A stretch of 64,000 nt of DNA, from positions 12,881 to 76,880 of the forward strand of contig CASDOR010000021.1 in assembly GCA_949282135.1 (NCBI GenBank). The letters run 5' to 3'. The stretch is from an uncultured Christensenella sp. (GTDB taxonomy: Bacteria; Bacillota; Clostridia; Christensenellales; UBA1242). The notes below the pieces were generated by a model. It saw only the letters and a list, made by a program, of their open reading frames with translations, was not told where the DNA came from and did not search any database. The translations under genes and the position numbers were made by a program. Shown here piece after piece: positions 25,532 to 35,882 of this stretch (positions are counted from its first letter, which is position 1; each line of letters starts with the position of its first letter).

Positions 25532-26917
25532 CTAATTTTTCTTCTCTATCTCAAAACCGTCTTTTGTGTCTTTTATGATAAAACCTCGCTTTAGTATCTC
25601 ATCCCGAATTTCGTCACTCTTTTTATAGTCTTTATTTCTTCTGGCATTTAACCTTAGCTTTGCAAGTTCAACTATTTCATTTGGAATGGTATTTTTATTT
25701 TCTTTTTCCTCCTTATCTAACTCTAACCCCAGTGCTTTATCAAACTTTAGTGCTAGATTATAGACATCTTTTGAAAAGTCTAAATCTTTAAGCATAGTAA
25801 ACATAACTCCAATAGCAAGAGGAATGTTTAAGTCGTCATTTATTGCGTTTAAAAACTCTGCCTCATATTTTTGAAGTGAAGCACTGTCGGTTTTTGCATT
25901 ACCGTTTTTGTGTTCCCTTATTAAATTTTTTAAACTTTTATAACCATTACTACTTGCCTTTAAACCCTCAAAAGTAAAGTTGAGTTTTTTGCTATAGTGT
26001 GTATTTAAACAAAAGTACTTAAAGTCCATAGCACTAAAACCTTTCTTTTCTAAATCAGACAAAGTATAGATGTTTCCTAGACTTTTACTCATTTTTCCGC
26101 CATCTACAAGCAAAAATTCATTATGCATCCAGTAGTTTACTACCCTATGCCCCGCTAAAGCATCATTTTGTGCTATTTCATCCTCGTGATGAACTGTTTT
26201 GTGGTCAATTCCCCCAGTGTGGATGTCAAAGTTGTCTCCAAGAAGGGTCTTCCCCATTGCAGAACATTCAATATGCCAACCTGGGCATCCTTCTCCCCAT
26301 GGGCTATCCCACTTCATTATGTGATTTGGTGCAACAAACTTCCAAAGTGCAAAGTCAAAGGGGTGATGCTTATTTACGTTTTCTTCAATCCTTGCATTCC
26401 CCGTCTTTTCTAAATCCTTATGACTTAGTTGCCCATAACTTGGAAACTTTTGCACATCAAAATATATTCCATCATCTATTTTGTATGTATAACCTTTTTT
26501 CTCAAGCCCTTTAATAAACTCTATCATTTGTGGAATAAATTTTGTGGCATAAGTTATATTTTCAGGGATATCAATATTTAGCTTTTTTAAATCATTAAAG
26601 AAAATGTCAGCATAGTACTTAGCAATTTCCTCTGGGCGCTTATTTTCTCGTTTTGACGCAAGAAGCATTTTGTCTTCTCCGCTGTCTTCATCACTTGTCA
26701 AGTGTCCAACGTCAGTTACATTCATAACACCCTTAATTTTATAACCATTGTATTTAAGCACTCTCCTAAGCGAGTCCATAAATATATATGCCCTCATATT
26801 CCCTATATGCTGGTAGTAATACACAGTAGGCCCACAAGTATACATTTTAACAATGCCTTTCTCTATTTCCTTAAATTCGTCATTTTTATTTGTAAGTGAA
26901 TTATGTAATTTTAGCAT
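25532..26917 (-). CDS. cysS: Cysteine--tRNA ligase
   Basis: Contains [15 protein letters not shown] (HIGH region) and KMSKSLGN (KMSKS). Confidence 0.95.
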   Translation of the reverse strand: MLKLHNSLTNKNDEFKEIEKGIVKMYTCGPTVYYYQHIGNMRAYIFMDSLRRVLKYNGYKIKGVMNVTDVGHLTSDEDSGEDKMLLASKRENKRPEEIAKYYADIFFNDLKKLNIDIPENITYATKFIPQMIEFIKGLEKKGYTYKIDDGIYFDVQKFPSYGQLSHKDLEKTGNARIEENVNKHHPFDFALWKFVAPNHIMKWDSPWGEGCPGWHIECSAMGKTLLGDNFDIHTGGIDHKTVHHEDEIAQNDALAGHRVVNYWMHNEFLLVDGGKMSKSLGNIYTLSDLEKKGFSAMDFKYFCLNTHYSKKLNFTFEGLKASSNGYKSLKNLIREHKNGNAKTDSASLQKYEAEFLNAINDDLNIPLAIGVMFTMLKDLDFSKDVYNLALKFDKALGLELDKEEKENKNTIPNEIVELAKLRLNARRNKDYKKSDEIRDEILKRGFIIKDTKDGFEIEKKN

Positions 26918-26919
26918 TT

Positions 26920-27351
26920 TTATCTTTCTCCCCTTGCTAAATATAATATGCTAAGTAGGTTTCTTAAACTACTACCTAACAATTCTTCATTTTCTTTATC
27001 AAGTTTTCTCTCAAAAATTTCATCAATCTTTTTTAAGTAGCTTTCAACTTTTATTTTCCCCTTAGTGGTTACTCCATAAAAGATTACTCTACGGTCATCA
27101 TCTGCCACCATGCGATAAATTTCTTTTTTATCTTCAAGCGTTCTACAAATGTTAGCAATGTTTGATTTTGCAATTCCAAGTTCTTTTACAAGGTAAGAAG
27201 GCGACACTTCTTTAAGCTTATAAATTAAAAGTAAACATTCAAACTTTGCAGAAAAAACTTCTTTCCACAATTTCTCGTCCTCATTTTTACATATGTTTTC
27301 AATATTTCGCCCTAGACTTAATAGGTCAAGATATTTATTAATTTTTTCCAT
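26920..27351 (-). CDS. MarR-family transcriptional regulator
   Basis: 143 aa with a winged-HTH pattern (LGIAKSNIANICRTLEDKKEIYR...DDRRVIFY). It is the first gene of the marR-cysS-aldh-tcdA string. Confidence 0.75.
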   Translation of the reverse strand: MEKINKYLDLLSLGRNIENICKNEDEKLWKEVFSAKFECLLLIYKLKEVSPSYLVKELGIAKSNIANICRTLEDKKEIYRMVADDDRRVIFYGVTTKGKIKVESYLKKIDEIFERKLDKENEELLGSSLRNLLSILYLARGER

Positions 27352-27364
27352 AAGTTTCCTTGTA

Positions 27365-27377
27365 TTATTAGTAATAA
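27365..27377. promoter_or_regulatory. Palindrome between the -10 and SD of marR (possible autoregulatory operator)
   Basis: TTATTA-G-TAATAA is a perfect 6-1-6 palindrome. Confidence 0.3.
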
Positions 27378-27378
27378 A

Positions 27379-27407
27379 AGTATAACAATATGAACTTTTT
27401 ATGTCAA
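27379..27407 (-). promoter_or_regulatory. Promoter of the marR-cysS operon (extended -10)
   Basis: Minus strand reads TTGACA, a 17-nt spacer, then TATACT, with TGT preceding the -10. Confidence 0.65.
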
Positions 27408-27646
27408 ACGTTCTTTTGCTTGCTTTTTTGTTTTATTTAGTTTAAGATAAAGAAGTAAACAAAAAGATTTAATTTGACAAAAAACCATAGTAAAAATCCT
27501 ATACATTTTGCTTTTTAATAGCTAAAGCAAACAAAAAAAAGAAAAGTAAATAAAATACTATTCTGAAATTATCTTGAGATAAAATTTGTTTCTTAAAAAT
27601 TAAAGCTTAAAGTTATTTAAAATATGCTTTTGAAAAATTAAAATTT

Positions 27647-27674
27647 TTGTCATTACAACCTAAATTTATATAAA
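27647..27674 (+). promoter_or_regulatory. Promoter of tRNA-Ser
   Basis: Reads TTGTCA, a 16-nt spacer, then TATAAA, ending 5 nt before the mature 5' end. Confidence 0.55.
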
Positions 27675-27679
27675 TTTTT

Positions 27680-27771
27680 GGAAGTGTATCGAAGTGGTTA
27701 TAACGAGCCTGACTCGAAATCAGGTTGTCCGCAACCCGGGCACGTGGGTTCGAATCCCACCGCTTCCGCCA
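27680..27771 (+). tRNA. tRNA-Ser (anticodon CGA), class II with a long variable arm, CCA encoded
   Basis: Acceptor stem GGAAGTG/CGCTTCC. Anticodon stem-loop CCTGA-CTCGAAA-TCAGG. Variable arm GTCCG-CAACC-CGGGC. T arm GTGGG-TTCGAAT-CCCAC. Discriminator G followed by CCA. Confidence 0.95.
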
Positions 27772-27792
27772 AGAATAAAATTGGGTAATTAT

Positions 27793-27823
27793 AAAGGATT
27801 GACGAAATGCCAGTTCCTTTTTT
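27793..27823 (+). terminator. Weak hairpin plus T-run after the tRNA
   Basis: AAAGGA-(16 nt)-TCCTTT followed by TTT. Short stem and large loop. Confidence 0.3.
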
Positions 27824-27850
27824 ACTAAAAATAAATGGTACGCAATGACT

Positions 27851-27904
27851 TATGCATAATTTTCACATCTCTAATCTTTAGTCATATGCATTATTTTCAT
27901 ATCT
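27851..27904. repeat. Imperfect 20-bp direct repeat, 34 bp apart
   Basis: TATGCATAATTTTCACATCT (27851-27870) versus TATGCATTATTTTCATATCT (27885-27904), 18/20 identical. ATCTTTAG follows the first copy after a 4-nt gap and overlaps the 3' end of the second. Confidence 0.6.
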
Positions 27905-27996
27905 TTAGGGCTTAATTTAACTTCTTTTTATTTTTATTTAATTAAAATTTTCCTAGATATAAAAATTACAACAACCAAATTGCAAGGCTTGAAATT

Positions 27997-28033
27997 GAAC
28001 AAATTGTTTTTATACTCCCTTCAAAATTTGTTC
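27997..28033 (-). terminator. Possible pgi terminator hairpin
   Basis: 9-bp stem GAACAAATT/AATTTGTTC with a 19-nt loop and only a weak U-tract. Confidence 0.25.
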
Positions 28034-28120
28034 CAAAAATCGAGGTGTTTTTTATCTTCCATTTAGTCCTACTTACGAAGCTTTTTATATAGCAATTCAT
28101 GATAGCTTATTAAGGTTTAG

Positions 28121-29464
28121 TTAGCAACCAATAAACTTTTGATTTTTTATAAAACTTTCAATTAACTCTTTCTGTTTCTCTAATCCGTCAAAGCCAAGAC
28201 TTGCTTTTGTGTAAATTTTACTTTGTTCAACCCCGTTTTGGTCATACGCATTAATATTCATCATTTCGCCCATAAAAGCAGTCGTCATTTGAAGGTAAAA
28301 AATGAGCATACCCATATTTCTTTCATCAATTCTATCAATAACTATTGAATAATTTGGTTTGTTAAGCACACTTAGTGACAATCTTGTTGCATTATACTCA
28401 CTATCAAAAAGCTTACTTAAATTGATATTATTAAGCTTTTTCACAAATGGAATTTCATAATCTAGCTTAATATCAAAATTATTTTCTTTAACCTTTAAAA
28501 ACATAAATAATTTGTCTTTTGGCCCCTCTGTATAAAGTTGAAGTTGACTATGCTGGTCAGTTACTCCAAGAAACTTTATTGGTGTTTGCCCTGCATAAAT
28601 TTCTTCACCTTTTTTATCATATCTTTTACCCAAACTTTCTGCCCAAAGTTGTGCAAAATAATCACATGTCAAACTCAGTCTATCACTATATGGCATAAAT
28701 ACAAGACTTGTAAGTCCACCCACTAAACCAGTAAAATTTATGTAAGCACTAAGGTATGATAAGTTTGTATAATCAATTTTCTTAGCATTTTCTTTTATCT
28801 CTTTTGCTCCATATATAAGCGCCTTAATATCAAGCCCCATTATAGCACAAGGCACAAGTCCAACAGAGCTTAAAACACTAAATCTACCACCAACGTCTTT
28901 TGGAATATCAAAAACTTTCATTCCGTTTTCTACAGCAAAGTTATATAACTCATTACCCTTTGTCGTAGTTACAATAATATGGTCACTTATTTTAATCTTT
29001 TTATCCTTAAATAACTTTAACACAATCGACATTTGTGCCAAGGTTTCACTTGTAGAACCTGACTTTGTAATTACATTAAAAACAGTTTTCTTTATGTCTA
29101 GTTTAGTTATTAAACTTAAAAAGCCATCGCTATCTATATTGTCGCATACATAAGTTTTTATGTTTTCTTTTTTATGGATTGAATCAAAAAAAGCATGCTT
29201 TATTGTCTTAACTCCAAGTGCACTACCCCCAATACCAAGAACAACAAAATTTTTAAACCTTTTTCTAACTCTCGCTCCAAAACACTCTATTTCTTCTAGT
29301 TCTTTGTCACTTATATCTACTAAGTCAAGCCACCCTAACATGTCACTACTTTTTTTAGAAAAGATATTGTCAACATGCTTTTTTAATTGTATTTTATTTA
29401 TTTTTTCTAGTTTTTTATTCTTAAATAAACTATTTTTTTCTATGCTCGACACTTCAAGTTCCAT
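28121..29464 (-). CDS. pgi: Glucose-6-phosphate isomerase
   Basis: 447 aa. The GIGGSALG, KSGSTSET and GGRFSVLS motifs are typical of bacterial PGI. Confidence 0.9.
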   Translation of the reverse strand: MELEVSSIEKNSLFKNKKLEKINKIQLKKHVDNIFSKKSSDMLGWLDLVDISDKELEEIECFGARVRKRFKNFVVLGIGGSALGVKTIKHAFFDSIHKKENIKTYVCDNIDSDGFLSLITKLDIKKTVFNVITKSGSTSETLAQMSIVLKLFKDKKIKISDHIIVTTTKGNELYNFAVENGMKVFDIPKDVGGRFSVLSSVGLVPCAIMGLDIKALIYGAKEIKENAKKIDYTNLSYLSAYINFTGLVGGLTSLVFMPYSDRLSLTCDYFAQLWAESLGKRYDKKGEEIYAGQTPIKFLGVTDQHSQLQLYTEGPKDKLFMFLKVKENNFDIKLDYEIPFVKKLNNINLSKLFDSEYNATRLSLSVLNKPNYSIVIDRIDERNMGMLIFYLQMTTAFMGEMMNINAYDQNGVEQSKIYTKASLGFDGLEKQKELIESFIKNQKFIGC

Positions 29465-29516
29465 ATTAAAAATCCCCTTAGTTCATGCTATAATTTGTAA
29501 TCAACGTTTAATAATA

Positions 29517-31337
29517 CTAATTTGTTAATACTATAAATTCATTGTTTTGTAAAACAATACTTCCTTCCCTTTTTTTGTTTGTAAAAAAATCTTTAATAGG
29601 ACTTTTGATTTCAAATTCAAACTCCTCTTTTGATTTGTTTATAACAACTATTACTCTCTTTTCATTCTTTTCTCTTTTATAACTTATTACTCCGTCTTTT
29701 GCATAAAGCAAACAAAAATCCCCACCATCAAAAACCTGTTTTTTTCTAAGTTTTCCAAGTTTTTTATACCACTCAATTATGTCGCCATCCTCCTTTCCCC
29801 AAGGATAAGGTGCACGACAATATGGGTCCTTTGTCCCCTCCACTCCAGCCTCATCACCATAAAATACCGTTGGAATACCCATGACTGTGTATTGTATAAG
29901 GCTAGCGATTTTCAGTAGTTGCTTACCCTTTTTTCTTTCCTCCTCATCTAACACATATCTACTACTTATGTCAACGTTGTCCTCAATATTCATTCCAAGA
30001 TACGTAAGTGCACGCATTGTATCATGAGTGCCCAAAATATTCATAAGGTTATTTTGAATAGCTTTAGGATAATTATTTAAAATCATGTAGCAGACTTCCA
30101 CAAATTCTTTTTCATCCCCAAATTTAACATAGTTTAAAATAGCATTTTTCATAGGATAGTTTGTAACACTATCAAGATACCAGCCAAGAAAATACTTTTT
30201 TCTTTCCCCATATGATAACTTACAACTTGCATCCTCCCACACTTCACCTAGCATCATACACGACTGATTAACACGTCTAGCTCTAGAACAAATTGCATAT
30301 AAAAACTTATTAGATAACTCATCAACTACATCTAGTCTAAACCCCATTATTCCCATTTTCATATATTTTTCTGTAATTCCATTTCGTCCTGTTATGTAAT
30401 CAAAAAAAGAGGATTCTTCTCTTGTCTGTGGCAAAGTTTTAATACCCCACCAGGAGCTATAACTATTTGGATATTCACAAAATTCATACCAAGGATAGTA
30501 TTTGGATCTTTTACTTTGATATGCTCCAAGATTTTTATATCTACCTTCTTTATTAAAATATACACTATCACTTCCCGTGTGATTAAAAACTCCGTCTATT
30601 ATTATATTAATACCTTTCTCTTTAGCTGTTGCTATTAATTTTTTAAACTTTGCCTCTCCCCCAAACATACTTTCTACTTTTTCATAATCTGCGACATCAT
30701 ACTTGTGACTACTGTTCGCTTCAAAAATAGGAGATAAATAAATGGTTGAAACATTTAGTGACACTAAATAATCAAGCTTTTCAATAATGCCCTCAAAATT
30801 ACCACCATAGCAATTAACATTTACTCTTTCATTAAACTCATTGTATTCTTTGTCAACATTTTCTTCCCAATTGTCAATAAGTTTAAGCCCATCTCTTTTT
30901 GTTACACTACCTTTTCTATTAAACCTATCAACAAATATATGATAAATAATGCCTTTATGAAAAGCTTTATCTATTTTTGATTCTTTTTCATAAATTAATT
31001 GCAAATAATTGCTTTCTTCATTCGTCTTAGTCACGTCAAAATTATCACTTTTACCAAGAACAAAATGCCCACATTCACTATCAACTTCAAAATGATACCA
31101 ATAGTGCCCAACTTCACTTAGTGTAATAGAAAAAGTCGTATAAACATACCTTTCATCGACAAAACTTTTTTTCATCTCAAAAAATTTATCTTCTCTCCCA
31201 TCCTTATGCATGACAAAAAAGGCTTTTTTGAAACCTAAATACTTACCAATTTTTAAATTATAAGTTATTTCTTCCCCCTTCTTACATGCACCGCTTGGGT
31301 TTTTATCATACAAGGGATTAAAGATAAAATCTTTCAT
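29517..31337 (-). CDS. GH13 alpha-glucosidase/neopullulanase-type glycoside hydrolase
   Basis: Contains the conserved GH13 regions DGVFNH, GFRLDVVDE, GEVWED and THDT. Confidence 0.85.
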   Translation of the reverse strand: MKDFIFNPLYDKNPSGACKKGEEITYNLKIGKYLGFKKAFFVMHKDGREDKFFEMKKSFVDERYVYTTFSITLSEVGHYWYHFEVDSECGHFVLGKSDNFDVTKTNEESNYLQLIYEKESKIDKAFHKGIIYHIFVDRFNRKGSVTKRDGLKLIDNWEENVDKEYNEFNERVNVNCYGGNFEGIIEKLDYLVSLNVSTIYLSPIFEANSSHKYDVADYEKVESMFGGEAKFKKLIATAKEKGINIIIDGVFNHTGSDSVYFNKEGRYKNLGAYQSKRSKYYPWYEFCEYPNSYSSWWGIKTLPQTREESSFFDYITGRNGITEKYMKMGIMGFRLDVVDELSNKFLYAICSRARRVNQSCMMLGEVWEDASCKLSYGERKKYFLGWYLDSVTNYPMKNAILNYVKFGDEKEFVEVCYMILNNYPKAIQNNLMNILGTHDTMRALTYLGMNIEDNVDISSRYVLDEEERKKGKQLLKIASLIQYTVMGIPTVFYGDEAGVEGTKDPYCRAPYPWGKEDGDIIEWYKKLGKLRKKQVFDGGDFCLLYAKDGVISYKREKNEKRVIVVINKSKEEFEFEIKSPIKDFFTNKKREGSIVLQNNEFIVLTN

Positions 31338-31390
31338 AATTTTTCCTCACTATATTCATTAAAAACATTTTGAAGTGTATTTTTTTAATT

Positions 31391-33820
31391 TTAATCTTTC
31401 ATCGATTTTAAATCCCAAATATTTTTTGCATACTCTTCAATACATCTATCAGATGCAAAAAATCCTGCTTTTGCAATATTAATTAAACTCATTTTGTTCC
31501 ATAAGTCTCTATCTTTATAAGTTTCGTCCATTCTGTAATATGCTTCAAGATAACTATCAAAATCTATTAAACACATGTATGGATCTGGTCTATCACCCTC
31601 AATTAGATACTTTGCAATATCATCAAATTTCTCGCCAGCAAAACCTTTTTTTAGCATATCAATCACACGTTTTACTTTTGGATTTTGATTATATATATCA
31701 ATTGGCCTATAACCTTTCTTCCACTCATCATCAACTTCACTACTATTTAGTCCGAAAATAAACATATTTTGTTTGCCGACCTGTTCACACATTTCAACAT
31801 TTGCCCCATCAAAAGTCCCAATTGTTAGTGCCCCATTTATCATAAACTTCATATTCCCAGTACCGCTTGCTTCTTTTCCTGCAAGACTAATTTGTTCGCT
31901 TACTTCACTTGCTGGAATTATGTGTTCTGCAAGTGTAACATTATAATTTTCAAGAAATACGACTCTTAATTTTGACGAGATTTGAGGATTCGAATCAATT
32001 TCTTGTGACAATTTTCCTATTAATTTTATTATACGTTTTGCCATATAATACTTAGATGCCGACTTTCCGCCAAAAAAGAAAATTTGTGGTGTTACGTTCT
32101 TGTTTGGGTCATCTAACAATTCAGAGTACAAGTAAATAATTTTTAAGACATTTAAAAGTTGTCTTTTGTATTCATGAATTCTTTTTACATGTACGTCAAA
32201 ACGCATGTGATAGTCTATATCGATTCCTTGAGTTTTTTTAAGATAATCCGCAAAAGTTTTTTTATTATCTAATTTTATTTTACAAAGTTTATTTAAAAAA
32301 GACTTATCTTCTTCAAACTTTTCTAGTTTTTGAAGAGAAACAGGTTTTAAATAAAGGTTATGTCCAATATTAGTCTCAATTAAACTAGTTAAAGGTTTAT
32401 TGCATTCACACAGCCATCTTCTATGTGCAATACCATTTGTAACATTAGTAAATTTGTCTAAATAAAGTCTTGAAAAATCATAGAAAAGGTCATTTTTTAT
32501 AATCTCGCTATGTAGCTTACTAACCCCATTAACTTTTTTGCTTCCAATAACAGAAAGATTAGCCATTCTTACCTGATTTTGACTAACTATTGACATTTTT
32601 TCTATTTGAGATAAATCAAATTTGTCTCTATGATTATCAAACAAGTCTTTTGTAAATCTTTTATTTATCTCACAAACTATTTGATAAATTCTAGGCAAAA
32701 TAGTTTTAAATAAGTTTTCATCCCAAATTTCTAGCGCTTCTTTTAAAACAGTATGGTTGGTATAATTTATTGTCTTTCCTACAAGATTCCACGCATCCTC
32801 CCAAGAAAATCCATAATCATCAAGTAAAATCCTCATAAGTTCTGGAATAGAAAGTGCAGGGTGAGTATCGTTTATATGAATAACAACATATTCTGGCAAT
32901 TTTTCTAAATACTTTATGCGTCTCATGTGTGAGGCAACAATATTTTGAAGTGCTGCTGAAACTAAAAAATATTGTTGTTTAAGTCTTAGCATTTTTCCCT
33001 CATAATGGTCATCTGCAGGATACAAAACCTTGCTTATCATTTCAAGTTCACTTGCCTCAGCTATTGCCTTAACATAAGCACCTTGGCTAAAACTATTTAG
33101 GTCAAATTTATTTATACTTTTTGCTTCCCAAAGTCTAAGAACAGCCACGCCATCACTTTTGTATCCACTAATAACCATATCATATGGAACAGCTTGGACT
33201 TCTTCGTAATTATTATAAATAGGTACGAGCTTGCCATTCACATAATTTTCTGTAACTGTACCTCCAAATCTTACAATAACAGATTTCTCCTGCCTTTTTT
33301 GGAGCCAAAAATCACCAGTACTTCGCCAGCTGTCAGTAAGTTCAATTTGTTCCCCATCAACAATTTTTTGTTTAAATAAGCCATATTCATACAAAATACT
33401 ATGTCCCATGCTAGGATAACCTAAAGTTGCAAGACTATCCATAAAGCAAGCGGCTAGCCTCCCGAGGCCACCATTACCAAGTGCAGGATCAACTTCTTCC
33501 TCATACACCTCATCAATGTCAATATTATGCTTTTTAAAAACCTTAGTAAATATTTCATCAAGTTGTAAATTAAATAAAGTATTTTTAAGATTTCTCCCAA
33601 GTAAGAACTCCATACAAAGATAGTGAACTCTTTTTGCCTTTTCCTTTGTAACACGCGTATGAAAGTTTTCTCTTTTTTCAAGTAAAAGGTCATGAGAAAA
33701 AAGAGTAAGTGCTTTATAAATATCTTTAGGAGTTGCTTCCTTTAAGGTAACTTCTGAATATTTGTTCAAGTATTCTTCAAGTTCTCTTTCTGCTCTTTGC
33801 TCTGTAAATTTAGTACCCAA
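31391..33820 (-). CDS. glgP: Glycogen/maltodextrin phosphorylase
   Basis: 809 aa with GNGGLGRLAACF and the EASGTGNMKF (PLP lysine) motif. Apparent TTG start after AAGGAGA. Confidence 0.95.
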   Translation of the reverse strand: MGTKFTEQRAERELEEYLNKYSEVTLKEATPKDIYKALTLFSHDLLLEKRENFHTRVTKEKAKRVHYLCMEFLLGRNLKNTLFNLQLDEIFTKVFKKHNIDIDEVYEEEVDPALGNGGLGRLAACFMDSLATLGYPSMGHSILYEYGLFKQKIVDGEQIELTDSWRSTGDFWLQKRQEKSVIVRFGGTVTENYVNGKLVPIYNNYEEVQAVPYDMVISGYKSDGVAVLRLWEAKSINKFDLNSFSQGAYVKAIAEASELEMISKVLYPADDHYEGKMLRLKQQYFLVSAALQNIVASHMRRIKYLEKLPEYVVIHINDTHPALSIPELMRILLDDYGFSWEDAWNLVGKTINYTNHTVLKEALEIWDENLFKTILPRIYQIVCEINKRFTKDLFDNHRDKFDLSQIEKMSIVSQNQVRMANLSVIGSKKVNGVSKLHSEIIKNDLFYDFSRLYLDKFTNVTNGIAHRRWLCECNKPLTSLIETNIGHNLYLKPVSLQKLEKFEEDKSFLNKLCKIKLDNKKTFADYLKKTQGIDIDYHMRFDVHVKRIHEYKRQLLNVLKIIYLYSELLDDPNKNVTPQIFFFGGKSASKYYMAKRIIKLIGKLSQEIDSNPQISSKLRVVFLENYNVTLAEHIIPASEVSEQISLAGKEASGTGNMKFMINGALTIGTFDGANVEMCEQVGKQNMFIFGLNSSEVDDEWKKGYRPIDIYNQNPKVKRVIDMLKKGFAGEKFDDIAKYLIEGDRPDPYMCLIDFDSYLEAYYRMDETYKDRDLWNKMSLINIAKAGFFASDRCIEEYAKNIWDLKSMKD

Positions 33821-33831
33821 AATCTTTCTCC

Positions 33832-35880
33832 TTATCTAACTAGCGACTTATACAAATCTATATATTTCCTTGCAGAATTTTTAAAACTAAAATCTTTAGA
33901 CATGACAAGACGTATTTGACTTTCAAAAAGTTTTTTGTCTTTAAAGTCACTTAGTGCTTTTGATATTTGATAATAAAAATCTTCTGCCTTGTAATTTGTA
34001 AATGTATACCCATTTCCACCTTCCACACATCCAAAATCTTTTATACTATCTTTTAAACCTCCAACCTCTCTTACAATAGGTATTGAGCCATATCTACTTG
34101 CTATCATTTGACTTATACCACAAGGCTCAATAATACTTGGCATAAGGAAAATATCACTACTCGCATATGCTTTTCTTGCCATATCATTATAATATCTATC
34201 TACAAACACTCTTACCTTGTCTTGGTGTCTAAATTGTAAATCATTAAAGTAATCAATATATCTTCTGTCTCCTGTTCCAACAACTATTAATTGTACGTCT
34301 TGTTCAAGCACCTTATCAAGTACTCTCATAAGTAATCCCATGCCCTTATGTGGAACTAAACGACTAACAATTGCTAGCACCGGAATATCTTTATTTTCTT
34401 TAAGAGCTAAATCTTTTTGAAGTGCAAGCTTGTTTTTTGCTTTTCCCTCAATACTATTAATATCATAGTTGTAATAAATACATTTATCAGTCTTTGGATT
34501 ATAAAAATCATAATCAATTCCATTCATAATTCCGCATAACTTATAATCATTTCGTATGATTATGTAATTTAATCCATTACTGCAATAAGACTCTTTTAAA
34601 TTATCACAATAACTTTCACTAACCGTTGTAAATTTATCACTAAATTGTATCGCCGCCTTTGTAAGATTAATATCTCCATTATATTCAACAAAGTTTTTAA
34701 ATTTATAGTCTATTCCAAATAGGTCGCTTAAATTTTCCATTCCATATATACCTTGATACTCAACATTATGTATCGTATAAATATTTTTAATGTTGTAATA
34801 TCTAAGATCGCTCCAATTTCCTGTTTTAATATAAGTAGAAACAAGTGCCGACTGCCAGTCATTACAATGAATAATGTCTGGAAAAAAGTCTATTGTGCTA
34901 AGCCCTTCTACAACTGACTTGCAGAAATAAGCGAATCTCTCCCCATCATCATAAAAGCCATAAGGCTTTTCACGTTTAAAATACCTTTCATTATCAACAA
35001 AGTAATAAATTACACCATCTCTTTTTAATTTAAAAATTCCACAATACTCTTGTCTCCAAGCAAGATGTGTTGTAAAGTTTCCTATAAATTCTAGCTCGTT
35101 AATATACTTTTCTTTTATATTTGCATAAAGAGGCAAAATTACTCTTATATCAACCTCATTAAACTTTGCTACCTCCTTTGGCAAACTTCCCGCTACATCC
35201 CCAAGTCCACCTGTCGCAATAAAAGGTTGACACTCGCTAGCAACATATAAGACTTTTATAATGCTTGCCTTTGCAACATCATTTTCCTTTCTAACCTCTA
35301 TTTTTTGTGAAGTCTCAGGTGCGTAAACTAATTTGTTATTTATTTTACTTTCTTCTAATTTTTTAGGACTTGTATCTTTAACGACTTTTTCCTTCTTTAC
35401 TTTAAGCCTCTTTTCATTTGAAACAGTTTCGTTCTTTTTTACAACCCTTTTAGTCCTTGTACTTTCTTTTGCTTGCTCTCTTTTCTGAGCCTTTGAAGCT
35501 CTTACATTTGCTTTCTTACCTGCTATTTTTTTCTCACTACTTTTTTCTTTATCTTTCAAATTTTTTGTTACTTTTACCTCTAAGGCTGGCTTAACTTCTA
35601 AACTCTCTTTTTTCTTTGTCTTCTTTAAAGTCTCTTTTTTTACTTTTGTATCTAAATTTAAATTTGTGCCACTCTTTTTAGTTGTAGCACTTGTTTTCTT
35701 TTTAGACTCATCAACGTTTTTAGGAGTGCTCTTCTTTTCTGTTTTCTTCTTAGCAGTAGAAAGACTAGTGTCTTTCTTCAAAGTACTTACGCTCTCTATA
35801 CTACTTTTCCGTGGCTTTGTTTGTTTTTCCTTTACCTTTTTAAGTTCTTTTTCAATTATTTCATTTGTATCTTTTTTCAT
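33832..35880 (-). CDS. glgA: Glycogen synthase with a 206-aa Lys-rich N-terminal extension
   Basis: The canonical core begins at IIKVLYVASECQPFIATGGLGDV (residue ~207). The upstream 206 codons are open and have no internal Met. Confidence 0.9.
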   Translation of the reverse strand: MKKDTNEIIEKELKKVKEKQTKPRKSSIESVSTLKKDTSLSTAKKKTEKKSTPKNVDESKKKTSATTKKSGTNLNLDTKVKKETLKKTKKKESLEVKPALEVKVTKNLKDKEKSSEKKIAGKKANVRASKAQKREQAKESTRTKRVVKKNETVSNEKRLKVKKEKVVKDTSPKKLEESKINNKLVYAPETSQKIEVRKENDVAKASIIKVLYVASECQPFIATGGLGDVAGSLPKEVAKFNEVDIRVILPLYANIKEKYINELEFIGNFTTHLAWRQEYCGIFKLKRDGVIYYFVDNERYFKREKPYGFYDDGERFAYFCKSVVEGLSTIDFFPDIIHCNDWQSALVSTYIKTGNWSDLRYYNIKNIYTIHNVEYQGIYGMENLSDLFGIDYKFKNFVEYNGDINLTKAAIQFSDKFTTVSESYCDNLKESYCSNGLNYIIIRNDYKLCGIMNGIDYDFYNPKTDKCIYYNYDINSIEGKAKNKLALQKDLALKENKDIPVLAIVSRLVPHKGMGLLMRVLDKVLEQDVQLIVVGTGDRRYIDYFNDLQFRHQDKVRVFVDRYYNDMARKAYASSDIFLMPSIIEPCGISQMIASRYGSIPIVREVGGLKDSIKDFGCVEGGNGYTFTNYKAEDFYYQISKALSDFKDKKLFESQIRLVMSKDFSFKNSARKYIDLYKSLVR

Positions 35881-35882
35881 AA

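Noticed and set aside
27772-28120. Integrated mobile element or prophage at tRNA-Ser
   Set aside because: No integrase, no duplication of the tRNA 3' end, and the flanking genes (pgi and the glycogen operon, marR-cysS) are core metabolism.
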